A stretch of DNA of 64,000 bases from Gemmatimonas sp. GTDB taxonomy: Bacteria; Gemmatimonadota; Gemmatimonadetes; Gemmatimonadales; Gemmatimonadaceae. This document shows, in pieces, positions 10,524 through 19,471 of the stretch; positions within the stretch are counted from its first letter, which is position 1, and each line of letters opens with the position of its first letter. Made by a program: the position numbers and the translations under genes. The notes under the pieces are model-generated. The model did not search any database. It saw only the letters and a program-made list of their open reading frames with translations, and was not told the origin of the DNA. The stretch covers positions 32,802 to 96,801 of the forward strand of contig JBDHVK010000001.1 of assembly GCA_039809645.1 (NCBI GenBank), read 5' to 3'.

Positions 10524-11888
10524 TTAGAACGCTCTCCCCGTTCGATAGACGAGCACGGGCGCCACGCCAGTGGCGCGCAAGGAATCGGCAAGCGGCACCG
10601 CTTGCGCCGGCGTCTCGAAGGCGCCGGTATAGATGTTGGCATTCCCACTGGGCTGGCGCAGCGCGTAGGCCACGATGCCGCGTCCCTTGAGCGCGCCGAG
10701 CCGGACTGGCGCCAGCGCCGTCGTCACATTGCTCTCGAGGCGCAGCGCATAGGGCACCGTCACGATGCTGCCCGCAGAAATCAGCTTCTGGTTCCGCATT
10801 CTCGTGAGCAACGCCTCGGCGTCGCTCTTGGTCGCATGGGCCCCGACCGTCACGCGATACCACAACTCCGTCCCTTCGAGCACTGGTGTCAGCGCCAGGG
10901 CCTCCAGCGCCATCACCTTGTCGTCGGGTAGGGCCGCCGTGCGCGTGTTCGCCGTGGCGAAGTACACCGCATAGCGGGCGGCGGCGAGGGAATCGGCCGG
11001 ATTTTCGACCGGCGGCGCCGCGATGGGCTTCGCCGCGCTGTCGCCTGCGGCCGACGCCGCGCTGTCCACCGGCTTGGTGGAATCCACGCGCGGCACCGAG
11101 TCCATCCTGGTCGGCGGCACCAGCATCGTGGCGCTGTCGGTGGTCGCCTCGGCGCCTCCCAGCAGTCCGGCGGGAATGCGCGCCTTGATCTGCGGCCAGA
11201 ACGCGCCCACGCCCACCGCAATGGCGGCAATGAGCAGCAGCAGGGCGATCAGGTTGCGCGTGCGACTCGACTCGTCCTTCGACGCGCTTTCGCGCGCCTT
11301 CACCGACTGCGGCTTGGGGGTGACGATGCGCTCGGGCGGCGGCTGGGGCGGCGGGGGCGGGGCAATGAGTGGCACCCCCACCGGCGTGGGAAACGCCCAT
11401 TCGCCGACGGGCATCAGCGTGCCGATGTAGCCACAGAGGTCACCGAAGCCACCGGCCGTCGGGCGTGCGACCACCACGAGCAGCGCGCCGACCTGATGAA
11501 AGCCGGCCGCGAGGCGGCGCCAGCGGTCGTTGGCGTACACGCCCTCATGGTCCACCGGCTCGGTGCCGGAGGGCATGAGGAAGATGTTGTCACCGCCGAG
11601 CATGGGGCGCGCGATCTTGTTGAGCGACACGCCGTACAGGAAGCTGTCGGCGATGCCATGCGGATCGTCTCCCGTGAGCAGCGATTCGATGGCGGGCGAC
11701 TCACCAATGAGGTCGGCAATGGCGACGCGCCGGCGGGCACTCTGCATCCGCGCCACCCCAAGCGCGACTTGCGCGGCCACGCGTGGATCGCTGGCGGCGA
11801 TCACCACTGCATACACATTGTCGAGCAGCGGCGCGAGGCGACGCCCCTCGAGCTCCCACGGCTCGGGCGGCAATCCAGGCGCGGTCAT
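10524..11888 (-). CDS. Membrane protein with an N-terminal degenerate P-loop-NTPase-like domain, Pro-rich linker, TM and two C-terminal SPOR repeats
   Basis: The N-terminal approx. 170 aa follow a MinD/ParA/BY-kinase-like layout (VVIAASD...RVAIADLIGESP...IFLMPSG...LLVVVARP) but lack GKS/T. It has a PPPPPQPPP linker and a TM (LIALLLLIAAIAVGVGAFW). SPOR-like repeats: YAVYFATANT...WYRVTVGAHATKSDAEAL and IYTGAFETPAQA. The TAA stop directly abuts the smc GTG. Confidence 0.75.
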   Translation of the reverse strand: MTAPGLPPEPWELEGRRLAPLLDNVYAVVIAASDPRVAAQVALGVARMQSARRRVAIADLIGESPAIESLLTGDDPHGIADSFLYGVSLNKIARPMLGGDNIFLMPSGTEPVDHEGVYANDRWRRLAAGFHQVGALLVVVARPTAGGFGDLCGYIGTLMPVGEWAFPTPVGVPLIAPPPPPQPPPERIVTPKPQSVKARESASKDESSRTRNLIALLLLIAAIAVGVGAFWPQIKARIPAGLLGGAEATTDSATMLVPPTRMDSVPRVDSTKPVDSAASAAGDSAAKPIAAPPVENPADSLAAARYAVYFATANTRTAALPDDKVMALEALALTPVLEGTELWYRVTVGAHATKSDAEALLTRMRNQKLISAGSIVTVPYALRLESNVTTALAPVRLGALKGRGIVAYALRQPSGNANIYTGAFETPAQAVPLADSLRATGVAPVLVYRTGRAF

Positions 11889-13375
11889 GGGGCTCCCTCG
11901 AAGATCCAGTAACTCTGGCCCGATGCTCTTCCCACGCGCTCGGCCTCGGCGCGCGACGGGAAGGGGCCAAGGACGACGCGATACAAGGTCTTCCCGGCGC
12001 GTTCCGAGGTGGTGATGCGCGGGACCTGACCGTCGACCCGAATACGCGCGGCGACCAGCTTCGCCTGCTTCTCATCGAGCACGGCGGCGAAGCTTACGGT
12101 GAACGCGGGCGTACTGGTCGCGCTCGAGTCATGCGGCGGCGCGGGCGCAACCGTGCTGTCGGCGGCCGGCGCAAAGTCCGACGAATCGCGCGGCGCACTG
12201 GTGCGGAATTGCACCGGCTGGTCGAGTCCCGCGGCGCGTGGGCGGAATCCATTCCAGCGCATCGTGTACCAGAAGTCGCGTGCGCCACCGGGGATGGTGC
12301 GCATGTCGGCGAGTGTGCTGGGATGCGCCAGTACCACATCGTCACCGCGTTCGTAGGCGATGCTCGCATCGGCCATCACCAGCGGCAGGTCGTTGCGCCA
12401 CGTCGTACGGAGCACGCCGACCACCGCATCACTGCCCAGGCTGACGACGAACACCGAATCGCCGCCGCCCTGCGCGAGCAGCACACGTCCCATGGGATCC
12501 ATGCGAAGCGCTCGTGCGGGGCCGGGGAGCTTGATCTTACCCTTGATGCCTTCCTCGAAGCGGTCCACGATGCGAATGGCCTCGTCACCATCGAGCGCCA
12601 CGAAGAGCCGGTCACCGCTGGGCGTCGCGGCGATCGCCCGCACCGGGTCGCCCATGTCCACTTCGAGCGCCTTGCCGAGATCTCGTGAGCGCACCGCAAT
12701 CACTTCGTCGTTGCCGCCGAAGAAGACGCGATCACCGACGGCACCGGCCGTGCGCGCGAGCGACGGAGCGAGCGACTTGCTGTCGCCACCAATGTCGAAC
12801 GAGAGGCTATCCGCAACCGCCTGATTGGGCGGGCGTACGCGCCACACCACCGCACGATCGCCCTTGGCACCAGCGACGATCAGCGACCCGTCGGCTTGCG
12901 CGTAGAGCGCATGCGCGGGGAGCGGCGGCGTAAAGCGCCAATCGCCGCCGCTCGGCGTGTAGCGGGTGAGTTCACCGCGCTGCGTCAGTGCGTAGATCGC
13001 CCCGCCGTCGGCGGAGGAAACCGCGACGACCGTGTCGATCCGCGAGGTGGTCACCGATCCGACGCGGAGATCCACGCGCACCGGCGCGCCCGACGTGTCG
13101 AGCGCGGCGAGATACCCATCCTCGGACCCAAAGGCGATGATGCGCGCGAGCGCCGGAACGCGCGACTGCGACCGCCAGACCGTGGAGTCGAGGGCAGGAT
13201 AGCGGGCGGCCGTCAGGACACCGCCCCCCTGCGGAACACGCAGGACGACGGGGTCGGGGCCACCGGGAATCACGGGAGGGGCGCCGGCTCCGGAAGGGTG
13301 TGACGAACGATCGGCACAGCCGACGAGACCGCCGCACGCGAGAGCCAACAGCGCCGACGCGAGGAGCGTGCGCAC
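11885..13375 (-). CDS. Lipoprotein with beta-propeller-like region and C-terminal SPOR domain
   Basis: Lipobox LVGC after the signal peptide. Repeated beta-strand units follow. The C-terminus is SPOR-like (FTVSFAAVLDEKQAKLVAARI...LYRVVLGPFPSRAEAERV). An ATGA overlap couples it to the downstream gene. Confidence 0.75.
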   Translation of the reverse strand: MRTLLASALLALACGGLVGCADRSSHPSGAGAPPVIPGGPDPVVLRVPQGGGVLTAARYPALDSTVWRSQSRVPALARIIAFGSEDGYLAALDTSGAPVRVDLRVGSVTTSRIDTVVAVSSADGGAIYALTQRGELTRYTPSGGDWRFTPPLPAHALYAQADGSLIVAGAKGDRAVVWRVRPPNQAVADSLSFDIGGDSKSLAPSLARTAGAVGDRVFFGGNDEVIAVRSRDLGKALEVDMGDPVRAIAATPSGDRLFVALDGDEAIRIVDRFEEGIKGKIKLPGPARALRMDPMGRVLLAQGGGDSVFVVSLGSDAVVGVLRTTWRNDLPLVMADASIAYERGDDVVLAHPSTLADMRTIPGGARDFWYTMRWNGFRPRAAGLDQPVQFRTSAPRDSSDFAPAADSTVAPAPPHDSSATSTPAFTVSFAAVLDEKQAKLVAARIRVDGQVPRITTSERAGKTLYRVVLGPFPSRAEAERVGRASGQSYWIFEGAP

Positions 13376-13544
13376 GGGGGTAAAGTACCCGCCCCGAGCG
13401 GGGGGAGGGAGGGGTTGCGAAACGTCCGCGGCGTCTGCTCAAGCCTGCGCGGTTACAGCAGTTGAGGTCGCTCACCGAACCGGCTCCAGTGTTCCTAAAA
13501 AGAGAAAAGGTGACGCAAGGTTCACCTCACCACATATTCGGGCC

Positions 13545-14135
13545 GTGAGCCCTCCCGCCCCTGCGCCCGACTCGTCCGGTCCCTCGCTCACCGAGCTCCT
13601 CCGTACCGCGCAGGCGGGAGATCCTGCGGCGCAGGATGCGGCCGCCAGCATGGTCTACGATGAATTGCGGCAACTCGCGTCCGTCTATCTGGAACGGGAG
13701 CGCCACGACCACACGCTGCAGCCCACCGCCCTCGTGAATGAGGCGTACCTCCGGCTGCTCGGACAGGACACCCCCTGGCGCAACCGCTCGCATTTCATCG
13801 GCATTGCCGCGCAGATGATGCGCCGGGTGCTCGTGGACCACGCGCGCCGCAGTGCGGCGGACCGGCGGGACCGCGCCAGCACCGTGCGTCTCGAGGACGT
13901 CGGTCCGCTGCCGCTCGAAGCGCAGGTCGATGCGCAATCGGTCATCGACGTGCACGACGCGCTGGAAGAATTGGAGCGCATGGACGCCCGTCAGGCCAAG
14001 GTCGTCGAGCTCAAGTTCTTCGTTGGTCTGTCGCTCGACGAGATCGCCGACGCCCTTGGCATCAGCGCCGCCACCGCCAGTCGCGAGTGGGCGCTCGCCC
14101 GCCGGTGGCTGCAGCATCGTCTGCGGAGCGAGTGA
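13545..14135 (+). CDS. ECF-type RNA polymerase sigma factor (kinase-associated ECF family)
   Basis: LTELL...AGD...VYDELRQLASVYLERERHDHTLQPTALVNEAYLRL is the hallmark N-terminus of the Sigma70_ECF-type family. The C-terminus has a region 4 HTH (GLSLDEIADALGISAATASREW). Start assigned to GTG 13545, and the track ORF from 13368 is probably too long. Confidence 0.8.
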   Translation: MSPPAPAPDSSGPSLTELLRTAQAGDPAAQDAAASMVYDELRQLASVYLERERHDHTLQPTALVNEAYLRLLGQDTPWRNRSHFIGIAAQMMRRVLVDHARRSAADRRDRASTVRLEDVGPLPLEAQVDAQSVIDVHDALEELERMDARQAKVVELKFFVGLSLDEIADALGISAATASREWALARRWLQHRLRSE

Positions 14136-14196
14136 GGGAGTTTCCAGAGCCTTCACGCGTTGTCGGTATGAACCCGTCCCTCGGAGCCGTGGAGCA

Positions 14197-16800
14197 ATGA
14201 CCGCGACGCTGACGCCGGACGAATGGGCGGCGCTCAAGGCCTGTTGGGAGATTGTGCAGGCCCTGCCGGCTGATCAGCAGGCGACCTATCTCGCGCACGC
14301 GCCACTCTCTCCGGCCGCGCGCGAGACGCTGCGGTCGCTGTGCGAGGTCGACGACACCGCGCCCGCACATGTCGACCGGCCCGCCCACGAACTGCTGGGA
14401 CTCCCGTCGGCCCGACCGGCGCCGGCACCCTCGATGGTGGGCCGGCGGCTGGGCGCCTTTCAGGTCCTTCGCCTGATCGGTCGCGGCGGCATGGGAGCGG
14501 TGTACGAAGCCGAGCGTGTCGACGCGGAGTATCGGCAGCGGGTCGCCATCAAGACGGTCTGGCGGGGAGCGGACAGTGACGTGCTCCTCCAGCGGTTCCG
14601 CTCGGAACGGCAGATTCTCGCCGCACTGCAGCATCCCAACATCGCGCAGCTGCTCGATGGCGGCAGTACCGCCGAAGGGACGCCCTGGCTGGCGATGGAG
14701 TTTGTCGAAGGGACACCCATCGACGAATGGTGCGACGCGCGCCAGCTCGGTCTGTCGGCACGACTCGACCTGTTCCGTCAGGTCTGCGCCGCCGTGCATC
14801 ACGCGCATCAGCGGCTCGTGGTACACCGGGACCTCAAGCCGTCCAACATTCTGGTCAACGCCGAGGGGACGGTAAAACTGCTGGACTTCGGCGTGGCCAA
14901 GCTGCTGGCGCCCGATGCGTCCGACGGCACGCTCACCGGCGCCGGACTCTCGCCGTTCACCGCTGCCTACGCGGCCCCGGAACAACTCGGCAACGCACCC
15001 ATCTCCACGGCGACCGATGTGTACGCGTTGGGGGGCATTCTGACGCTGCTGCTGGCCGGCGCTCCGCCGCGCGCGCTCGCCGGCGGGCTCACGCCGGAGA
15101 AGTTCGCCGCCCGGCATTTGCAGCCGGCCCGCTCTCCCAGCCAGATCGCGCAACAGGCACCATCCGATGTCGCCCGCGCGCGCGGTGTGGCCACGGCTGC
15201 CCGGTTGGCCGCGTCGCTTCGCGGCGAGCTCGATGCGATCGCCGGCATGGCGCTCCGCGCCGAGCCGGTGCGTCGATATGCCAGCGTCGAGGCATTGAGC
15301 GACGACGTGCGGCGCTATCTGCGGCGCGATCGCGTCATCGCCCGTCCCGATGGCACCTGGTATCGGCTGTGGACCTTCGTTCGCCGACGTCGGGCGTTGA
15401 GCGCCGCGGTCGGGGCGACGTCGCTCATGCTGGTGGTCTCCAGTCTCGTCACATGGCGCCAGTCGCAGGCGGCCGTCGCCGAAGCGCGTCGCGCCGAGCG
15501 GGCCGCCACCTTTCTCTCGGGACTCGTCACCGGCTCGAATGCGACCTCGTACGATCCCCTGGTGCGGCTGGCGCCTGGTGGTACCGTGGCGCAGCTGCTC
15601 GACAGTGCGCTGGTGCGCATTCCGCGCGAGTTCCCGAACGATGACCGGATGCGCGCGCGCCTCTACACGGCGATCGGTGCGAACCTGCTGAATCAGGCGC
15701 GCGTGCAACCCGCACTGGCCGTGCTCGACTCGGCGCAGCGACTAGCCGGCGCGGCGTACGGCCGGCGCAGCGTGGAGTACGCGAGGGCGAGTCTGGAGTA
15801 CGCGGCGCTGCTGCTGGATCTCGGTGGGCCACCGGCAACCGAGGCGCTGCTCAACGAGGCGGAAGCCATTGCGCGCGCCAACCCGGCCGAGCAGGATCTG
15901 GCGGCGCGCGTGGCCCTCTTTCGCGCCTCGCGTGCCATGCAGCTCGGTCGGATCAGCGAGGCCGATTCATTGGCCGCGGCCGTGCTGGCCAGCGAACGGG
16001 GGGGCGCGCGCAGCATGCGCTCGTTGCGTGCCGAAGCGGTGCGCATGTATGCCTCGAGCTGGATTCGCCGCGATCCGCGAGACTATCTGCGGCGGGCGCG
16101 TGCGGTGCAGAAGTTGGCCGATTCCCTCGGCCTGTCGGCCACGAACGAAACGATGAGCGCCCGCAGCGCCGAGTTCGAGTCGCTGCTGGTGCTCGGACGG
16201 ACCACGGACGCGGAGGCGGCGCTCAAACGGTTGCGCGCCGGTGTGACGTTGGACGCGGATACGACAGCGTCGGCCCGCGCGCGCTACGCCTATCAGCGCG
16301 CCTACCTGGCGTCGGTGGCTGGCGATTCGGTCGCGCGCCGATCGTCAGCGGACGAACTGCGCGCCGTGCTCGCGACCAACCCCACGCTGGGCGCCGACGT
16401 GCGGCTGCAGTACATGGGGACCATCGTGGATGAGGCGCTGGCGCGGCACGACACCACGGTGGCGCTGGCCGCTGCGCGCGAGTGCCGCCGTCTCTCCCTG
16501 CCCACCGAGTCGCCCATGATACTCTCGTTCGCCGCCTGGTATCTCGGACAGGCGGAGCTGGCCGCCGGGCATGCGCAATCCGCACTCGACGCCGTGCTCG
16601 AGGGGCAGCAGTGGGTGGCGCGTGCGCCGGAACTCGCCAGCATGAACCCACTGCTGCGGCGCGTGCAGGTTGGCGCCCTCACGGCCCTCGGACGTGCCGG
16701 CGAGGCCGATAGCATCCGGGCCAGTGTGCCCAAGCCGGGGGCGATTGCGCCGTGCACGCCGGGCGGGAAGTGGAAGGGGTGTCCGGATCTGCCGCCCTGA
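14197..16800 (+). CDS. Ser/Thr protein kinase with TM and large C-terminal TPR-like helical repeat domain
   Basis: Start at ATG 14197. Kinase motifs GRGGMGAVYEA, VAIK, HRDLKPSNIL, DFG and APE, then a TM (ALSAAVGATSLMLVVSSLV) and about 450 aa of helical repeats. Confidence 0.9.
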   Translation: MTATLTPDEWAALKACWEIVQALPADQQATYLAHAPLSPAARETLRSLCEVDDTAPAHVDRPAHELLGLPSARPAPAPSMVGRRLGAFQVLRLIGRGGMGAVYEAERVDAEYRQRVAIKTVWRGADSDVLLQRFRSERQILAALQHPNIAQLLDGGSTAEGTPWLAMEFVEGTPIDEWCDARQLGLSARLDLFRQVCAAVHHAHQRLVVHRDLKPSNILVNAEGTVKLLDFGVAKLLAPDASDGTLTGAGLSPFTAAYAAPEQLGNAPISTATDVYALGGILTLLLAGAPPRALAGGLTPEKFAARHLQPARSPSQIAQQAPSDVARARGVATAARLAASLRGELDAIAGMALRAEPVRRYASVEALSDDVRRYLRRDRVIARPDGTWYRLWTFVRRRRALSAAVGATSLMLVVSSLVTWRQSQAAVAEARRAERAATFLSGLVTGSNATSYDPLVRLAPGGTVAQLLDSALVRIPREFPNDDRMRARLYTAIGANLLNQARVQPALAVLDSAQRLAGAAYGRRSVEYARASLEYAALLLDLGGPPATEALLNEAEAIARANPAEQDLAARVALFRASRAMQLGRISEADSLAAAVLASERGGARSMRSLRAEAVRMYASSWIRRDPRDYLRRARAVQKLADSLGLSATNETMSARSAEFESLLVLGRTTDAEAALKRLRAGVTLDADTTASARARYAYQRAYLASVAGDSVARRSSADELRAVLATNPTLGADVRLQYMGTIVDEALARHDTTVALAAARECRRLSLPTESPMILSFAAWYLGQAELAAGHAQSALDAVLEGQQWVARAPELASMNPLLRRVQVGALTALGRAGEADSIRASVPKPGAIAPCTPGGKWKGCPDLPP

Positions 16801-16819
16801 CGGCCGCCGACCGTGAACG

Positions 16820-17386
16820 CTACGATGACCAGAGCTTCACGCCTTCCGCGATGCTGACGAGCGCCCGGTGGAACCGGCGCACGAGCTCCACTCGATTTTC
16901 GTAGTTCGCGGCAGTGCGAACCGCCGTCACGTTCGTGTCGGGAGCCTGGAAGGCGAGGCCATATCGGTGCAGCGACTCCCGATGCAGCGACGTGGCGCTC
17001 TTACGGAGTACGTCGGCAGTGCGCGGCGGCTGGCCAGTGGCCTGATCGGCCAGTGTGATCAGCCCGCCCACGACCTCGGCCACGCCGCGGATGTGCTGCT
17101 CGCACTTGTTGCCTTCGCCATTGACGGGCAACAGGCGGTACGCTTGCGTCAGCTGTCGATCAGCGTCGCGAACGGATGCCGCGGGTGATGCAGTCGCTGC
17201 CCCGATATCGATGCGGCAGATCCGCCGCCAGAGTGCAACGGTGGACTCGGTGGCCATGTACAGTCGGTCGACCTGACGATAGAACGGGTCGTCCGCTGAT
17301 TCGATGGAACCGCTCAAATAGTGCCGAACGCGGGCGAGCTCCGGCTGCGCGCCGGCGAACGTGCCGTAGACGAGGCCCCGATCCAT
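16820..17386 (-). CDS. Hypothetical protein (helical, no signal peptide), immediately downstream of the NlpC/P60-like gene
   Basis: 188-aa ORF with genome-typical GC3-rich codons, starting 18 nt after the upstream stop. No motif recognised. Confidence 0.6.
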   Translation of the reverse strand: MDRGLVYGTFAGAQPELARVRHYLSGSIESADDPFYRQVDRLYMATESTVALWRRICRIDIGAATASPAASVRDADRQLTQAYRLLPVNGEGNKCEQHIRGVAEVVGGLITLADQATGQPPRTADVLRKSATSLHRESLHRYGLAFQAPDTNVTAVRTAANYENRVELVRRFHRALVSIAEGVKLWSS

Positions 17387-17404
17387 TAGAGTCGGTTCCC
17401 TGGG

Positions 17405-18367
17405 TCAGTGATCGATGGTCAGTTCGACGGACGCCGGCTTGATGCCGGTGATTTCGTCTTCCACGCGGCCGCGGCGCAGGTTCACGTGCGTGCCCGTACC
17501 GGTCGAACGACCGACTTCCAGCAACCCGTTGGAGAACGAGAACCACAGCGCGGCGACGCCGTCGGTCATCGAGCACGTGCCGTGATGCTTGAACATCTTG
17601 TACGACTTGCCTGTGGTGTCGGTAATGACCGCGCTGATCAGATCCGGTGTGCCGGCCTGCCCGTTCACGACGACCTTGCCGTCGCGACTGATCATCACCG
17701 ACAACGCGCCAACCGCCTTGCCACGGAACTTGACGCTGACGGAGCCATGGCGAAGCACCAGTCGCGTGCACTGATCGGCGACGCGCGTGGGAATCACGTC
17801 CGGGTGGTAGCCGGGCCTGCCGGGAGCGCCGCCCAACGCACGTGGACGGCGCACTTCGACGACCGGTCCCTTGAAGGTGCGATCGATGGAGCGATGATGC
17901 ACGATGCTGCCACTGCCCGCGTCATAGATCATCCCGGGTGACAGAGACGCGATGCCGACGTGGGTGATCGTGCCGTACGGATAGTTCCCGAACGTGTTGC
18001 GATAGAGGACGATGTCCCCGGCCCGCGCCTCGCCGGTCACCAGATCGCCGACGTCGCTCCCCGCGAGTCCATCGGCGGTGTACAGTCCGCCGACGAAGCG
18101 AATGCCGAAACGTCGATAGAACTCCGGGTTGCCGACCACCGGGAGCGCGATCCCGACCCCGTCGAAGCACCAACGCACATAGGCGGCGCAGTAGGCCTCG
18201 AGCGTGCTGCCGTGGTGCACCTCACTGAACGTACGGGCAAACGGCTGGTGGAGCACCGACTGCGCGCGCGCCAGCAGCGCGTGCACGATGGAGCCGCGTG
18301 CCGGCTGTTCCAGCCGCGACACGGGACGATGAGCGTTCATCTGCTTGTCGTATCCGACTGTCGGCAT
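17405..18367 (-). CDS. NlpC/P60 (CHAP-like) papain-fold cysteine peptidase/amidase domain protein with unknown beta-rich C-terminal domain
   Basis: Start at ATG 18367 with GGAG 7 nt upstream. Candidate catalytic Cys in EAYCAAYVRWCF and His in GDIVLY...GTITHVGIA, in NlpC/P60 order. No signal peptide or TM. Confidence 0.65.
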   Translation of the reverse strand: MPTVGYDKQMNAHRPVSRLEQPARGSIVHALLARAQSVLHQPFARTFSEVHHGSTLEAYCAAYVRWCFDGVGIALPVVGNPEFYRRFGIRFVGGLYTADGLAGSDVGDLVTGEARAGDIVLYRNTFGNYPYGTITHVGIASLSPGMIYDAGSGSIVHHRSIDRTFKGPVVEVRRPRALGGAPGRPGYHPDVIPTRVADQCTRLVLRHGSVSVKFRGKAVGALSVMISRDGKVVVNGQAGTPDLISAVITDTTGKSYKMFKHHGTCSMTDGVAALWFSFSNGLLEVGRSTGTGTHVNLRRGRVEDEITGIKPASVELTIDH

Positions 18368-18654
18368 CGTCAGGCTCCGTCGTGGACAGAAATGCGCAGG
18401 TAAGCGCGCGAATACCTCCCAGGAGAACGCGCAAACGGCGGCCAAACTCCGTCATTCAACCGCATTCATTGACGCGCGTCCGACGCGTTGTTGACAGCAT
18501 GAACCGATGCGGCACATGTTTGCCGAAGACGTCGCACGCGATCGCTCCACGTGGAGGCACGACGCGGTTGCATGACACGAATGTCGTGCGCGCACGTCAC
18601 CGTACCGGCGCTCGGGCTCGGTACCACCATTTGCCGTTCGATCCCGGAGGAATC

Positions 18655-19020
18655 ATGGGCGGAGCACTCGGACACATCGGCGCCTCTCTCGCATCGGCCA
18701 CGAAGGGGCTGAACAACATCTCGCCCATCATGCAGCAGGCGCTCTCGCAGATCGCGCAGTCGGGCGATCAGCGCGCGGCGTTCAACGCCATCCTGCTGGC
18801 CACGGCGGCCAACGCCACCAAGAAGCCGAATTTCAATCTCGAGGTCGAGATCAACGATCTCTGGATCCGGCTCGGCAATCTGCGCAGCACCGCGCCGATT
18901 CCCACGGGTGGGGCGTTCGCGCAGGTCGGGCAGGTGACCGCGCAGCTCAGCTCGATTCTCTCGCAAGCCGTCGGCAACATCGACGCGGCCGTCGTGAACA
19001 TCGCCAAGACGGTCAAGTAG
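18655..19020 (+). CDS. Hypothetical small Ala/Gly/Ser-rich helical protein
   Basis: 121-aa ORF. GGAGG lies 5 nt upstream of ATG 18655. Third-position GC is strong. No recognisable family. The longer track ORF from 18298 was rejected. Confidence 0.6.
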   Translation: MGGALGHIGASLASATKGLNNISPIMQQALSQIAQSGDQRAAFNAILLATAANATKKPNFNLEVEINDLWIRLGNLRSTAPIPTGGAFAQVGQVTAQLSSILSQAVGNIDAAVVNIAKTVK

Positions 19021-19027
19021 CCGCGAT

Positions 19028-19471
19028 TCACAGCTGGTGACGATACACCATCAGGGGCATGCGTACCGCCACCTGATCGTACAATCCCTGCGATACGGTG
19101 TTGGTCACGAGTGTGGTGCCGTACACATGGTCGGCACCCAGGACGGCGGCACGCGCGAAGACGGCCTCCACGAGCGCGCGCGCGACACCGCTGCGTCGGA
19201 CATCCCACGCGGTGAACACGTCGGAGAGCAGGCAGACCGGTTTCGTCCACCACGGGTGCGGATGCAGGAGGTAGTGGGCAATCCCCACCAGTCGTTCGCC
19301 CGCAAAGGCGCCGAGGCCGTGCATCGCGACCGTGTCCTGCATGAGCCGGTCCCAGGTGTCGGCAGGCGCATCCTCCGGCCACATGCCGTGATAGCCGAGG
19401 TACTCCAGCCAGAGCGGGCGCCACGCCTCGTGATCGGCGGGCCCGAGGGGCCGAATCGCGACCGCGGTCAC
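19028..19471 (-). CDS. GNAT family N-acetyltransferase
   Basis: 147 aa. The acetyl-CoA binding segment (VRRSGVARALVEAVFARA) sits in a typical GNAT layout. The GTG start overlaps the kinase stop (GTGA). Confidence 0.8.
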   Translation of the reverse strand: MTAVAIRPLGPADHEAWRPLWLEYLGYHGMWPEDAPADTWDRLMQDTVAMHGLGAFAGERLVGIAHYLLHPHPWWTKPVCLLSDVFTAWDVRRSGVARALVEAVFARAAVLGADHVYGTTLVTNTVSQGLYDQVAVRMPLMVYRHQL

